Shown: positions 18,154 through 27,900, numbered from the stretch's first letter. The stretch is 64,000 nt of DNA from an uncultured Bacilli bacterium (GCA_944332225.1 CALVJO010000002.1:17013-81012); one strand, 5' to 3'. Program-made: numbers and translations. The notes: a model not told the origin generated them from the letters alone.

Positions 18154-19863
18154 TTATTTATCGAATTGATAGTTAGATAAAGTTTTAAATAATTCTATGA
18201 GCTCTTCAGAATTAATTTTTAAATGCTTTCGATCATAAGTGTATAGACCGTTTAGCTCATCTTCAACATCCACCGTTTGAGTGTATATGACTCCAGTCAG
18301 CTTATTTATGTTCTTTAATACTTTTGAATAAAGGGAATATAATCCTTCATTATAGCTATCTTTTATCTCAAATCCTTTATAGGTGTAGAGGTTATTTTTA
18401 TTATAGACGCATTCTTTTTCAACGAAAGAATAGCCCCCGAATTCAGAGATAAAGACTGGTTGCTTTTGTCTTTTTATCACTTTTTCAATGTCTCTAAAGT
18501 AGATATGAAGTGAATTTAAATCTGAAAACCCTTTCCTAAACCAGCCGGAAGTAGAATCATAGAGATGGTCAAAATCTCTAATCGCGAAGGAATAATAGAT
18601 TCGATTAGAAGAGAATTGCCCCCATCCTTCGTTGAAGATTGTGAATATGATTACCGAAGGATTATTTTTTAAAGAATGGACGATGTTTCTTCCTTGCTTA
18701 TAGAAATAATAACGATCTTTAAATGAACGTCTTTTTTCTAAAGCAAACTTTTGATAGGAAAGAGAGATAGTTGGCATGACCGTCTCTTTAAAATATGAAT
18801 ATTTAGAGTTATTGACAAAATCTTGGATCACCATCATTCCAAGCTTATCGCAGAGATAGTAATAATAAGGACATTCTAGTTTTATATGTTTTCTAAGACA
18901 GTTAAATCCTAAATCTTTAAAGTTTTTAATATCATTAAAGTAGACATCATATGAAGGTATAGATAAGATTCCATCAAGATAGTAACCTTGATCTAAAAGA
19001 CCATTTATAAATACTCTTTTTCCGTTTAAATAGAAAATTTTGTTCTTTTCTAAAACTTGACGAAGACCAAAGTAAGATTCAACTAAATCATCATCGGTTT
19101 CTAATATTAATGTATATAGGAAAGGATCATTAAAATCCCAAAGATGAGGTTTATTGAATTTATAGGAAAGTTTATTATCTTTTAAAGTGCTTTGAAAGAT
19201 AATCTTATCATCTTCTTTGATGGTTACATGAACTTTTTTAGGGCATCTAACTTCTAACTTAAGCTCATTTATTGATGTGGATATTTTAAAATCTTCAATA
19301 TAGTTTTTATTTAATGATTCTAAATACAATGGAAAATAAATTCCTTCAGTTGAGGTATACCACATGCCTTTAGGATTTAATGATTGCTTCCCATACGGTA
19401 AATATTTTTTAAAAGTATCAGAAGTGATGATTATTAATTCGTTTGTTCCTTCTTTTATATCATTAAGTAAGACTCTAACTGGTTTATTTAAATAGATATA
19501 ATGACCTAAATATTGTTTATTAAGATAAATATCGGCTTCTTGGTCAAAACCTAATAAAACAAGATAGGTTAAATCCTTAATGAAACTTTTATCTAAAGAA
19601 AAAGTCTTTCGATAGACTATCTTATCATCTATCGATATATCTTCTTTACTTTGGGATAATTTTGATTTAAACGCGGCAGGAACATAGATTGGTTTAAATT
19701 GACCAAGCTTATCAATATTAAAAGATTTAGTAAGATAATATTCCCACATGCCATTTAAAGGATAATAGGAATCTCTTTTAAATTGAGGATTAGGATAAGT
19801 ATCAATAGGTATTAAATTATCATTTTTAATAGTTAAAGAATAATCGATCAATCTTTCTTTCAT
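18154..19863 (-). CDS. Glycoside hydrolase family 2 (beta-galactosidase/glucuronidase/mannosidase-like), no signal peptide
   Basis: The PNPQFKRDSYYPLNGMWEY N-terminus, LNGKRVFINGLLDQG, FNCLRKHIK, YYLCDKLGMMVIQDF, NEGWGQ (acid/base Glu) and ISEFGG (nucleophile Glu) all fit GH2. Confidence 0.75.
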   Translation of the reverse strand: MKERLIDYSLTIKNDNLIPIDTYPNPQFKRDSYYPLNGMWEYYLTKSFNIDKLGQFKPIYVPAAFKSKLSQSKEDISIDDKIVYRKTFSLDKSFIKDLTYLVLLGFDQEADIYLNKQYLGHYIYLNKPVRVLLNDIKEGTNELIIITSDTFKKYLPYGKQSLNPKGMWYTSTEGIYFPLYLESLNKNYIEDFKISTSINELKLEVRCPKKVHVTIKEDDKIIFQSTLKDNKLSYKFNKPHLWDFNDPFLYTLILETDDDLVESYFGLRQVLEKNKIFYLNGKRVFINGLLDQGYYLDGILSIPSYDVYFNDIKNFKDLGFNCLRKHIKLECPYYYYLCDKLGMMVIQDFVNNSKYSYFKETVMPTISLSYQKFALEKRRSFKDRYYFYKQGRNIVHSLKNNPSVIIFTIFNEGWGQFSSNRIYYSFAIRDFDHLYDSTSGWFRKGFSDLNSLHIYFRDIEKVIKRQKQPVFISEFGGYSFVEKECVYNKNNLYTYKGFEIKDSYNEGLYSLYSKVLKNINKLTGVIYTQTVDVEDELNGLYTYDRKHLKINSEELIELFKTLSNYQFDK

Positions 19864-20681
19864 TTTTTATCCTCCTGATCTTTAATTACTTTATAACGAT
19901 CATAAAAGGGTTTTAAGATTCCTTTATATGATGATTTCCAAGGTTTATTTCTTCCGAAGTAATGGATGATTATAGAGTTTTCTTCAACCCATGAATAATC
20001 TATTTTTTTCTTGGTGATCTTATTTTTAAGATTAAATAGAGTTATGGTTCTATCGGAAATATTATAGATAAGATTATCAATTAAAGTTACTTTATTACCG
20101 TATAAAGTATAGATTACATCTTGGTCTGGCAAGGTTAATAGATATCGTTTCTTTTCTAAGAATTCATAGACATCTTCTTCTTTTTGCTCTTCTCTTAACT
20201 TCTTTAAATTAAATAATAATACTCCGGTGTTTAAATAGATATTATCTTTATTAGCCCCGGTTCTAAGCTGATTAAACTTTTTTAAAAATAAGCCGATGTT
20301 TGTAGCCCCAGCAAAATAATTATCTCCTAGATCAAGATTATATAAACTTGAAAGATCTCCCTTAACGATTATATCAGGATCAAGATATAAGATCTTATCC
20401 ATATCGCTTGGAAGATATTTTGAAGCAAATAGACGATAGTAAATAGCTAATGGATAACGTTTAGATGTTCGAGAATCTTTAAACATTTGCTCATCAATAT
20501 TGACGAAGTGAAAGAAATTATTGTTTGTAAAATATTGTTGATAAATCATTAAATCATCTATTTTAACATCGTTAGTGACTAAATAAAAATCCAATCTCAC
20601 AGAATTATAGGCGTTTATAGAGCGAATTAAACTGACGCAGTAGGGAAGATACTTTTTATTAAATGTAAGTAAAATATTCAT
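19860..20681 (-). CDS. Glycosyltransferase family 8 (retaining hexosyltransferase)
   Basis: 273 aa. DKILYLDPDIIVKGDLSSL carries the DxD motif, and NTGVLLFNLKKLRE and PDQDVI are GT8-like. Its stop overlaps the GH2 start by 4 nt. Confidence 0.75.
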   Translation of the reverse strand: MNILLTFNKKYLPYCVSLIRSINAYNSVRLDFYLVTNDVKIDDLMIYQQYFTNNNFFHFVNIDEQMFKDSRTSKRYPLAIYYRLFASKYLPSDMDKILYLDPDIIVKGDLSSLYNLDLGDNYFAGATNIGLFLKKFNQLRTGANKDNIYLNTGVLLFNLKKLREEQKEEDVYEFLEKKRYLLTLPDQDVIYTLYGNKVTLIDNLIYNISDRTITLFNLKNKITKKKIDYSWVEENSIIIHYFGRNKPWKSSYKGILKPFYDRYKVIKDQEDKK

Positions 20682-20811
20682 ATAAAAATGATAATATTTA
20701 TCGTTAATTTAGTAAATTGCAAATGTAAAATAACCGTTAATCATTAAAAATGTCTAAAATTAAAAAATTAAATTTATAAAATCAGTCACATCTATATAAT
20801 AATTAATTGCA

Positions 20812-21540
20812 ATGAAAGAAAATAATTTAACTAGATTTAAAGAGATTATCACAAGATTAGAAAACCAATATCTAGAAATAGATAATCTTAGAAAGAACTT
20901 ATCTTCTCAAAACAAGCAAGATTATTTATTTAAAATGATGGGATTTGTTTCTACATTATATTCATTAACTATCGTTTTAAATCAAGAGTTCATCGAAAAA
21001 TATAACTTATCTCAAATACTCGATAAGATAGCTATCGATAAAGTAAAACTAGAAGCTAGCCAATATAATGATCAGCATATCTTTGATGATTTTTTAAACA
21101 TCTCCTATCCTTATGTTCATTTCATGTATCAAATAATCTATCAAAAAGAGAATATGACTCGTGAAGAAAGTGAGCTATATTATATAACTAAAGATTACCA
21201 TCAAGAATTAATCTTAAAGTTAAAAAGCGATCTTGAAAATCGAATTGATAAAGACGAATTAGAAAGATTATTAAAAGCGATTCATCTCTTTTCAGTCAAA
21301 GATGATGAAGATGTAGTCATGCTTGGATCATATATATCGTATAGAGATACTTACGATATCGATGAACAAAGAAAAAGATTAACCCTAACCAACAAAGAGA
21401 CAGATAGAGAATTACCCTACTCAAAATATAAATCTTTGATGAATAAAAAGGTTTATGACGTAGTTATGGTTAACTATAGCTTTTCTCAGTATTTTCAAAT
21501 TCTAGAGATAGAAAACTCAAAAGAGGAACACTATGCATAA
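20812..21540 (+). CDS. Hypothetical cytoplasmic protein; C-terminal about 70 aa resemble the GreA/GreB/Rnk C-terminal domain (tentative)
   Basis: 242 aa with no signal peptide and a helical N-terminus. The C-terminus VVMLGSYISY...LPYSKYKSLMNKKVYDVVMV...YFQILEIE compares with GreA ...[20 protein letters not shown]... There is no SD, and a TATAAT at 20795-20800 ends 11 nt before the ATG. Confidence 0.5.
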   Translation: MKENNLTRFKEIITRLENQYLEIDNLRKNLSSQNKQDYLFKMMGFVSTLYSLTIVLNQEFIEKYNLSQILDKIAIDKVKLEASQYNDQHIFDDFLNISYPYVHFMYQIIYQKENMTREESELYYITKDYHQELILKLKSDLENRIDKDELERLLKAIHLFSVKDDEDVVMLGSYISYRDTYDIDEQRKRLTLTNKETDRELPYSKYKSLMNKKVYDVVMVNYSFSQYFQILEIENSKEEHYA

Positions 21541-22420
21541 ACGTTATTTTTTATTGATTATTTCTTTTCTAACATTAGCATCTTGCTCATTTATTTCATC
21601 AAGCTCTTCATCATCTGAATCCCCTTCTAGCGTATCTTCAACTCCTATTAATGAATATGAAGTGAATAGAGTTGTAATTGATACTTTAAATTATGAGGAT
21701 CCTTATAAGAATGTTTCATATAATTCTTTTTATCGTAATTATACTCCTGCAAAAGATTATCTTGACGCAAGATATAGAACAGAACACGGATTTATTTCTG
21801 GAGAGAATCCTTCATCAATCTCGACTAAACCTATAACTTCGGACATTGAAGATGAAGAAGGTTCAAAATACTATATTTCTAATGTTACTTACCTCACCTT
21901 AACGACAGGGGAAGTGGTCGGATATAAAGTTAATTCTCTTGATGGAGAAGAACGTTATATCTATAAAGACGGAGGTTATATTACTTTAAATGATGTAGCC
22001 GCGTATCTTTTAGCTTTTGGAACCGTTCCTGCTAATCATGATTATGATAAAGAGTATGAACGATATGAAGCTATGGATAAATGGGGAGATTATGCGAGGG
22101 TTAATAATTCTCATTACCGTAATAATGGATATAACGGAGAACCAATTTTACCTTACGATCAAAGAAACACCTATTATGAAACCGATTTTGGTAGGAAAGG
22201 TTATTTAGAATCATCGCGGGGAGCCTATCGTTTTGTTTTCACTTCCTCTTTAGAAGATGATATCTACTCTAGACACGTATTCTATACTTACGATCATTAT
22301 GATTCATTTATTGAATATTTAAATTATGATGATGGATTTGGAACTAGGTTTGGTAACGGTACTTCATATGAAGAGTATGTTGACACTCATTTAATATCTT
22401 TAGGAGATCTCAATGCGTAA
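21533..22420 (+). CDS. Lipoprotein with a C-terminal barnase/binase-type (N1/T1 superfamily) ribonuclease domain
   Basis: Signal peptide plus lipobox LTLASC, then a Ser-rich linker. DVAAYLLAFGTVPANH compares with barnase GVADYLQTYHKLPDNY. YYETDF carries the catalytic Glu and RGAYR the Arg-x3-Arg. TYDHYDSF carries the catalytic His (barnase TTDHYQTF). Confidence 0.75.
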   Translation: MHKRYFLLIISFLTLASCSFISSSSSSSESPSSVSSTPINEYEVNRVVIDTLNYEDPYKNVSYNSFYRNYTPAKDYLDARYRTEHGFISGENPSSISTKPITSDIEDEEGSKYYISNVTYLTLTTGEVVGYKVNSLDGEERYIYKDGGYITLNDVAAYLLAFGTVPANHDYDKEYERYEAMDKWGDYARVNNSHYRNNGYNGEPILPYDQRNTYYETDFGRKGYLESSRGAYRFVFTSSLEDDIYSRHVFYTYDHYDSFIEYLNYDDGFGTRFGNGTSYEEYVDTHLISLGDLNA

Positions 22421-23951
22421 AAAATATTTATTACTTTTAATATTACCTGTTCTTTTATCTTGTAATTATTCTTCTTCAAACAATGATTCATCTTCAACAA
22501 GTTCATCTACTTCTTCTTCTACTTCATCATCTACTTCTTCTGATTCTATCTATTTAGTAGGATATCTACCTTATGAGGAGGCTTTTGAAAGTAATGTAGT
22601 TGATACAACTGATTCTTATAAAGACGGAGAATTTTCCTCACCATACATAAAAAATATTGATTCTAATGATTTGAATAAGATTCAATTTACCTCATTAAAT
22701 GATGTCCATGGAGCCTTATATTTTTCTAATATTGAAGAAGGAAATGGCTTTGATCGAACTCAGTATTATCTTAATCAAGTTAGTCCTTCGATAAATATCT
22801 TAAACGGAGATATTTTTCAAGGTATGGCTCTATCTAATGAAACTAGAGGAAAAGCCTTCGTTGACACCATAAACCAAATGGATTTCTCTTGTTTTGTAAT
22901 CGGTAACCATGAATTTGATTGGGGAATGGATAATTTAAAAAGATTTAAAGATGGAGACGAATCTAATGGTGAATTACTAATTCCGTTTTTAGGCGCGAAT
23001 ATATATTATGAAGGAACCGACTTACATCCTAGCTTTATCGATCCATATATGATCGTGAATCAAGGATCAACAAAAATTGGAATCATCGGAATGATAGGCG
23101 ATAATTTAGAATCTTCAATTTCGAGTAATATGATAGAAGGATACGAATTTAAAAATTCTCTTTCCTTAACTAAAACATATTCAAAATTATTACGCGAAGA
23201 GCATCAATGTGACTATGTGATATTATCTCTTCATGACTATGATGAAGAATTTTTTAACTCAATTGCTTCATTAGAAGATGAATATCGCATCGATTTAGTA
23301 TTTGGAGGTCACACCCATTATGTCAAAGATGATGCTTTCTCTAGAAATGATGGATCATCATTGCTTGCTTTACAAGGTGGGGCAAACAACGAATATATCG
23401 TTAACGCATCAATATCTTTAGAAAATGATGAAGTAACTTATTCTATCGATAGATATGATTCAAATTATGATTCGGCGATTAGAAATTATATCTATTCTAA
23501 TTATTCTGAAACTATCAACATGGCTGAAGGAGTGATTAACTCATTTGATATCTATCGTTCTAGAACTCAAATCGGAAGAGAAACAGTCGAGTATTTAAAG
23601 AATCAATATAACGCCTCAGGAGCGATCATCAATACAGGTGGGGTTCGCGATGGATTATCTCGAGGGGATGTAACTTATAATGATGTTCTCTCGGTATATC
23701 CTTTTGATAACTTAGTCTATGATGTGATCATTGATGGAAGAAGCGTTCTATCTTATATAAGAAGCAACGAAGATTATATTTATTATTCCATTGATGATGA
23801 AGTGATCTCATCTTCAAAACTATATCATATTGTCTTAATCGATTACGTTTATACGAATAGTTACAATCGAAGATATTTCGATGGAAGTTATTTTAAATAT
23901 TTAGATATTAATATTCGAGAAGCCTACATTGAATATCTATCTAATCTATAA
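22413..23951 (+). CDS. Lipoprotein 5'-nucleotidase / metallophosphoesterase (UshA-like)
   Basis: Lipobox VLLSC followed by an (SST)n linker. Motifs are LNDVHG, NGDIFQG, GNHEFD and GGHTH, and the C-terminal NTGGVRDGL...VYPFDN is the nucleotidase substrate domain. Confidence 0.85.
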   Translation: MRKKYLLLLILPVLLSCNYSSSNNDSSSTSSSTSSSTSSSTSSDSIYLVGYLPYEEAFESNVVDTTDSYKDGEFSSPYIKNIDSNDLNKIQFTSLNDVHGALYFSNIEEGNGFDRTQYYLNQVSPSINILNGDIFQGMALSNETRGKAFVDTINQMDFSCFVIGNHEFDWGMDNLKRFKDGDESNGELLIPFLGANIYYEGTDLHPSFIDPYMIVNQGSTKIGIIGMIGDNLESSISSNMIEGYEFKNSLSLTKTYSKLLREEHQCDYVILSLHDYDEEFFNSIASLEDEYRIDLVFGGHTHYVKDDAFSRNDGSSLLALQGGANNEYIVNASISLENDEVTYSIDRYDSNYDSAIRNYIYSNYSETINMAEGVINSFDIYRSRTQIGRETVEYLKNQYNASGAIINTGGVRDGLSRGDVTYNDVLSVYPFDNLVYDVIIDGRSVLSYIRSNEDYIYYSIDDEVISSSKLYHIVLIDYVYTNSYNRRYFDGSYFKYLDINIREAYIEYLSNL

Positions 23952-23976
23952 ATGAATTACTATCATTAAGATAATT

Positions 23977-24010
23977 AAAAAAATACTTCGGAAACAACCG
24001 AAGTATTTTT
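23977..24010. terminator. Bidirectional rho-independent terminator
   Basis: AAAAAAATACTTCGG aaacaa CCGAAGTATTTTT lies between convergent genes. Confidence 0.85.
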
Positions 24011-24013
24011 AGA

Positions 24014-25852
24014 TTAATTTTGTTCGTTTTCTTTTTGCTTAATCACTTTAGCTTCATATTTTTTACGTTCAGAATAATTTAATATCTTCTTTCTCATCCG
24101 ATATGAAGTAGGAGTGATTTCAACTAACTCATCAGAATTAATATAGTCTAAACATTCTTCAAGAGACATCTTTCGAGGAGTTTTTAAGACAACTGTGAAA
24201 TCTTTAGAAGCGGAACGCATATTAGTTTTTTCCTTTTCTTTGATGACGGTTACTCCTAAATCAGAATTATATTTATTCTCTCCAACAATCATTCCTTCAT
24301 AAACTTTCGTTCCAGGGAGAATGAACATCGTGCCTCTTTCTTCAACGTGCTGAATCGCATATGGAGTAGCTTGACCAGTGTCAACTGCGACTAAGACCCC
24401 GATTGAACGTTCTCCAACATTCATTTTTAATACAGGTCGATATTCTCTAAAGGTATGGTTGATAATTCCGTATCCCTTAGTCATAGTTAAGAAATTATTT
24501 ACGAATCCAAGTAATCCTCGAGATGGAACAACATACTCAACTCTCACTTGATTTTCATTATATTGCATGTGAAGTAACTCTCCGCCTCTAGAAGCTAAAG
24601 AATCAATAACTGAACCTAAATAATCTTCTGGAACATCGATTGTGACATCTTCAAATGGCTCGCATTTAACCCCATCGATTTCTTTGATGATGACTTCAGG
24701 CTTAGATACTTGTAATTCAAATCCTTCACGCCTCATGTTTTCAATTAAGATTGATAGATGAAGTTCGCCTCTTCCAGAGACTATCAATGATTCGGTATTA
24801 GGAATTCTACTTACTTTTAAAGAAACATCGCGTTGAACTTCTTTTTCTAATCTTTCCGCGATTTTAGAGAAGGTTAATAATTTACCTTCTTGTCCTGCAA
24901 AAGGTGATGAGTTAACTCCAAAAGTCATCTGTAAGGTAGGTGGATCGATACGTAATAAAGGTAATGGCTCGCAGTTTTGGAATTCTCCAATTGTTTCTCC
25001 AACATTTAAATCAGCGATTCCAGCGACAGCGACAATGTCTCCAGCGTGCGCTTCTTTAACTTCAATTCGATTTAGTCCTAAGAAACCATATAATTTTTGA
25101 ATTCTAAAATTCTTTAAAGAACCATCTAATCTTGAAAGAGTGATGTTTTCTCCTTCTTTGATTGTTCCTCTTTTAACTAAGCCAATTCCAATTTTACCGA
25201 CGAAATCATTATAGTCTAATAAAGCAGGTTGAAATTGTAATGGTCCTTCAACTGTGACTCTTGGTTCTGGAATCTCTTCGATGATGGTATCAAAAATAGG
25301 ATCCATACCAGGCTCTTGATCTTCTAAAACAGGAGAATATGATGAAGTTCCTTTTAGCGCGGAGCAATAGATGGTTTTAAATTCTAAGAATTCATCAGGC
25401 GCGCCTAATTCAATAAATAAATCTAATACTTCATCAACGACTTTATTAACATCAGCATTAGGTCTATCAACTTTATTGATGACCACGATAGGTTTAACAT
25501 GAGCCTCTAAAGCTTTCTTTAAAACGAATCTAGTTTGAGGCATGGTACCTTCGAAAGCGTCAACAACTAAAACGCAGCCATCGACCATGTTCATGATTCT
25601 TTCTACTTCACCTCCAAAGTCGGCGTGACCTGGAGTGTCTAAGATATTGATGCGGTAATCTTTATAATTAATCGCGGTGGTCTTAGCTAAGATAGTGATT
25701 CCTCTTTCTCTTTCAATAGCGTTTGAGTCCATCGCACGATCTTGAACTTTTTCGTTCTCTCTAAAAGTGTGTGAATTGATTAATAATTGATTGACTAAGG
25801 TTGTTTTACCATGGTCAACGTGAGCGATAATCGCGACATTTCTTACGTTCAT
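24014..25852 (-). CDS. typA: Translational GTPase TypA/BipA
   Basis: MNVRNVAIIAHVDHGKTTLVNQLL, DTPGHADFGGEVER and NKVDR. Start moved to the ATG at 25852, behind GGAGGG. Confidence 0.92.
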   Translation of the reverse strand: MNVRNVAIIAHVDHGKTTLVNQLLINSHTFRENEKVQDRAMDSNAIERERGITILAKTTAINYKDYRINILDTPGHADFGGEVERIMNMVDGCVLVVDAFEGTMPQTRFVLKKALEAHVKPIVVINKVDRPNADVNKVVDEVLDLFIELGAPDEFLEFKTIYCSALKGTSSYSPVLEDQEPGMDPIFDTIIEEIPEPRVTVEGPLQFQPALLDYNDFVGKIGIGLVKRGTIKEGENITLSRLDGSLKNFRIQKLYGFLGLNRIEVKEAHAGDIVAVAGIADLNVGETIGEFQNCEPLPLLRIDPPTLQMTFGVNSSPFAGQEGKLLTFSKIAERLEKEVQRDVSLKVSRIPNTESLIVSGRGELHLSILIENMRREGFELQVSKPEVIIKEIDGVKCEPFEDVTIDVPEDYLGSVIDSLASRGGELLHMQYNENQVRVEYVVPSRGLLGFVNNFLTMTKGYGIINHTFREYRPVLKMNVGERSIGVLVAVDTGQATPYAIQHVEERGTMFILPGTKVYEGMIVGENKYNSDLGVTVIKEKEKTNMRSASKDFTVVLKTPRKMSLEECLDYINSDELVEITPTSYRMRKKILNYSERKKYEAKVIKQKENEQN

Positions 25853-25937
25853 AAAATCCCTCCAACAAGGCATTAATATTATATATCATCAATAAAAAAG
25901 ACTAAAATGTTAAATTCATTTTAGTCTATAAAACCGC

Positions 25938-27620
25938 TTACTTAGAATCGATATCGATGATTGTTGGAATTACAAGAGGTTGTTTTTTAGTCTCTCTTCT
26001 AACAAAACGAATAATTCTATCAGATATCTTATCAATAAACTCCTGTTTATTTTCTTCGTAGTAGGAAGATATATAGGTATGAAGCGAATCTTCAAATATT
26101 GAGTTGATCGCCTTAACTATCGATTCGGAATCTTTCAAGAAGACAAATCCTCGCATTTGAACATCTTGAGTGGCTATGATCTTTTTCTCCTTAGTTGAGA
26201 CGACAGCACCTAAGATAATAACCCCATCATTAGCCATTTTTATTCTTTCTTCAATTACTGAATCAACGACGTTACCGACTCCGATTCCATCAACTAAGAT
26301 ATCGCCGTTTTGAATGGTGTTAGAATAATCAGGTCTTCCGACTCCATTTATGATATTAAGAGGAATTCCATTATCTAAGACGAAGATATTAGAATGATTA
26401 TATCCCATATTAAGTTTTAAAGCGATCTCTGCGTTAGCTAAAAGTTGTCGATAATCACCTTTGATTGGAAGATAATATTTTGGCTTTAAGATCGTTAATA
26501 ACATCTTTAAATCTTCTTCTCTAGCGTGCATTGAATAGATTTCTTTTCTAGTTAAATTAATGATTTTAGCTCCAGTTTTATAAATGTTATCTATAGCGTC
26601 AATCGAAGCTGTTTCAGTTCCTGGAACAGAAGGTGAGGCTAAGACGAAAGTATCATTTTCATTAAAAGTAATAAATGGATAGGCTCCTTGGGCTAAGGAG
26701 ATTAAATTATTAAATATTTGTTCGCCTTCTCCATCAACGACTATCAATAGATCTTGTTCTCGGTGACGGTTAATCTCATTGATCGTGGTTCGATTCGCCA
26801 TAGGTAAATTAAAATCGCTGTGCTCAATATCATCACCAAATATATGCTTAGCGTCATCGGTTAAGAAGATAATTTTCTTATTTGTTTTCACTGCTAAATC
26901 AAGGATCTCTCTTAAATTGAATAGATTTTGAGAATAGACTGAAATAAATATTCTACCTTTAGATTCTCTAAATAATCTTTCGATATGATTATAAATTCTG
27001 TGATTTGGTGAGGTGTGACCTGGTTTATCGGCCGCGCAGGACTCAGACATTAAAAGCAAAATTTGCTTTTTTAAAGGCAAGGAAGATAAAGTGGTAAAAT
27101 CCATTCTATTTCCTTCATTTGCTCCATAATCGATGATGAAGTCTGAGGAATAGACAATGTAACCATCACTGGTGTCAATAGCAACCGCGAATGTTCCAGG
27201 AATCGAATGGGTCATGGATATAAAAATGAATTCACGATTAGCAATCATCACTTTTTTATCTTTAACTATATGGATGTCATAATCGATTTTCTTCAATCCA
27301 TAAGATACCGTTTTACTTTGAATTAATGCCGCGGTTAATTTAGAACAATATATAGGCGCGGGGACTCTTCGATATAGATAAGGAATTGCTCCCATCTGAT
27401 CGTTATGAGCATGAGAAATGATATATGCTTTAACTCTAGAAGCATTCTCTTTTAAATATGAAAAATCAGGTATTATGCAATCAACTCCAGGAACGCGTTT
27501 ATCAGGATATTTAATTCCTGCGTCCAAGACGAAGATATCGTCATTTATTTCTACGATGGTGATGTTTTTTCCGTTCTCATCTAAACCACCTAAAGCAAAA
27601 ACTTTAATTCTATCTGACAT
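25938..27620 (-). CDS. rnj: Ribonuclease J family protein (beta-CASP metallo-beta-lactamase) with substituted metal ligands
   Basis: Collinear over 560 aa with my recollection of B. subtilis RNase J1 (VFALGGL..., THSIPG, SSDF, GVGNV). Motif 2 is HAHNDQ instead of HGHEDH, and PIHGE is PIKGD. Confidence 0.85.
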   Translation of the reverse strand: MSDRIKVFALGGLDENGKNITIVEINDDIFVLDAGIKYPDKRVPGVDCIIPDFSYLKENASRVKAYIISHAHNDQMGAIPYLYRRVPAPIYCSKLTAALIQSKTVSYGLKKIDYDIHIVKDKKVMIANREFIFISMTHSIPGTFAVAIDTSDGYIVYSSDFIIDYGANEGNRMDFTTLSSLPLKKQILLLMSESCAADKPGHTSPNHRIYNHIERLFRESKGRIFISVYSQNLFNLREILDLAVKTNKKIIFLTDDAKHIFGDDIEHSDFNLPMANRTTINEINRHREQDLLIVVDGEGEQIFNNLISLAQGAYPFITFNENDTFVLASPSVPGTETASIDAIDNIYKTGAKIINLTRKEIYSMHAREEDLKMLLTILKPKYYLPIKGDYRQLLANAEIALKLNMGYNHSNIFVLDNGIPLNIINGVGRPDYSNTIQNGDILVDGIGVGNVVDSVIEERIKMANDGVIILGAVVSTKEKKIIATQDVQMRGFVFLKDSESIVKAINSIFEDSLHTYISSYYEENKQEFIDKISDRIIRFVRRETKKQPLVIPTIIDIDSK

Positions 27621-27775
27621 TATTAACTCCTTTGGTTTACGTCTTTATTATACTTAAAACAAGTAACTAGACAAGATTAAAAACAAAATATGGATAATTA
27701 TCCGTATTTATTAAATTCATAATAATGATTTTTTTTATTTACAGTCTTAAAATATTTTTGTAGTATTATTAAGCA

Positions 27776-27852
27776 CGGCGATTATGGTGAAGTGGTTAAC
27801 ACATCTGGCTGTGAACCAGACATGCGTCGGTTCGATTCCGATTAATCGCCCC
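27776..27852 (+). tRNA. tRNA-His (anticodon GUG) with encoded G-1 and CCA
   Basis: G-1 lies opposite C73. Acceptor is GCGAUUA/UAAUCGC. Anticodon stem is UCUGG/CCAGA with loop CUGUGAA. T arm is GUCGG-UUCGAUU-CCGAU. Confidence 0.88.
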
Positions 27853-27900
27853 ACTTTGGTTATTATTTGATCCGATTAAGGTATCAAAATTATGATATTT

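Noticed and set aside
22478-22545. Ser/Thr codon repeat (SSTSSSTSSS...), considered as a contingency or VNTR locus
   Set aside because: It is an imperfect codon-level repeat that encodes the flexible linker after the lipobox Cys. A similar Ser-rich linker occurs in the neighbouring lipoprotein. The repeat length is in frame and there is no sign of phase variation.
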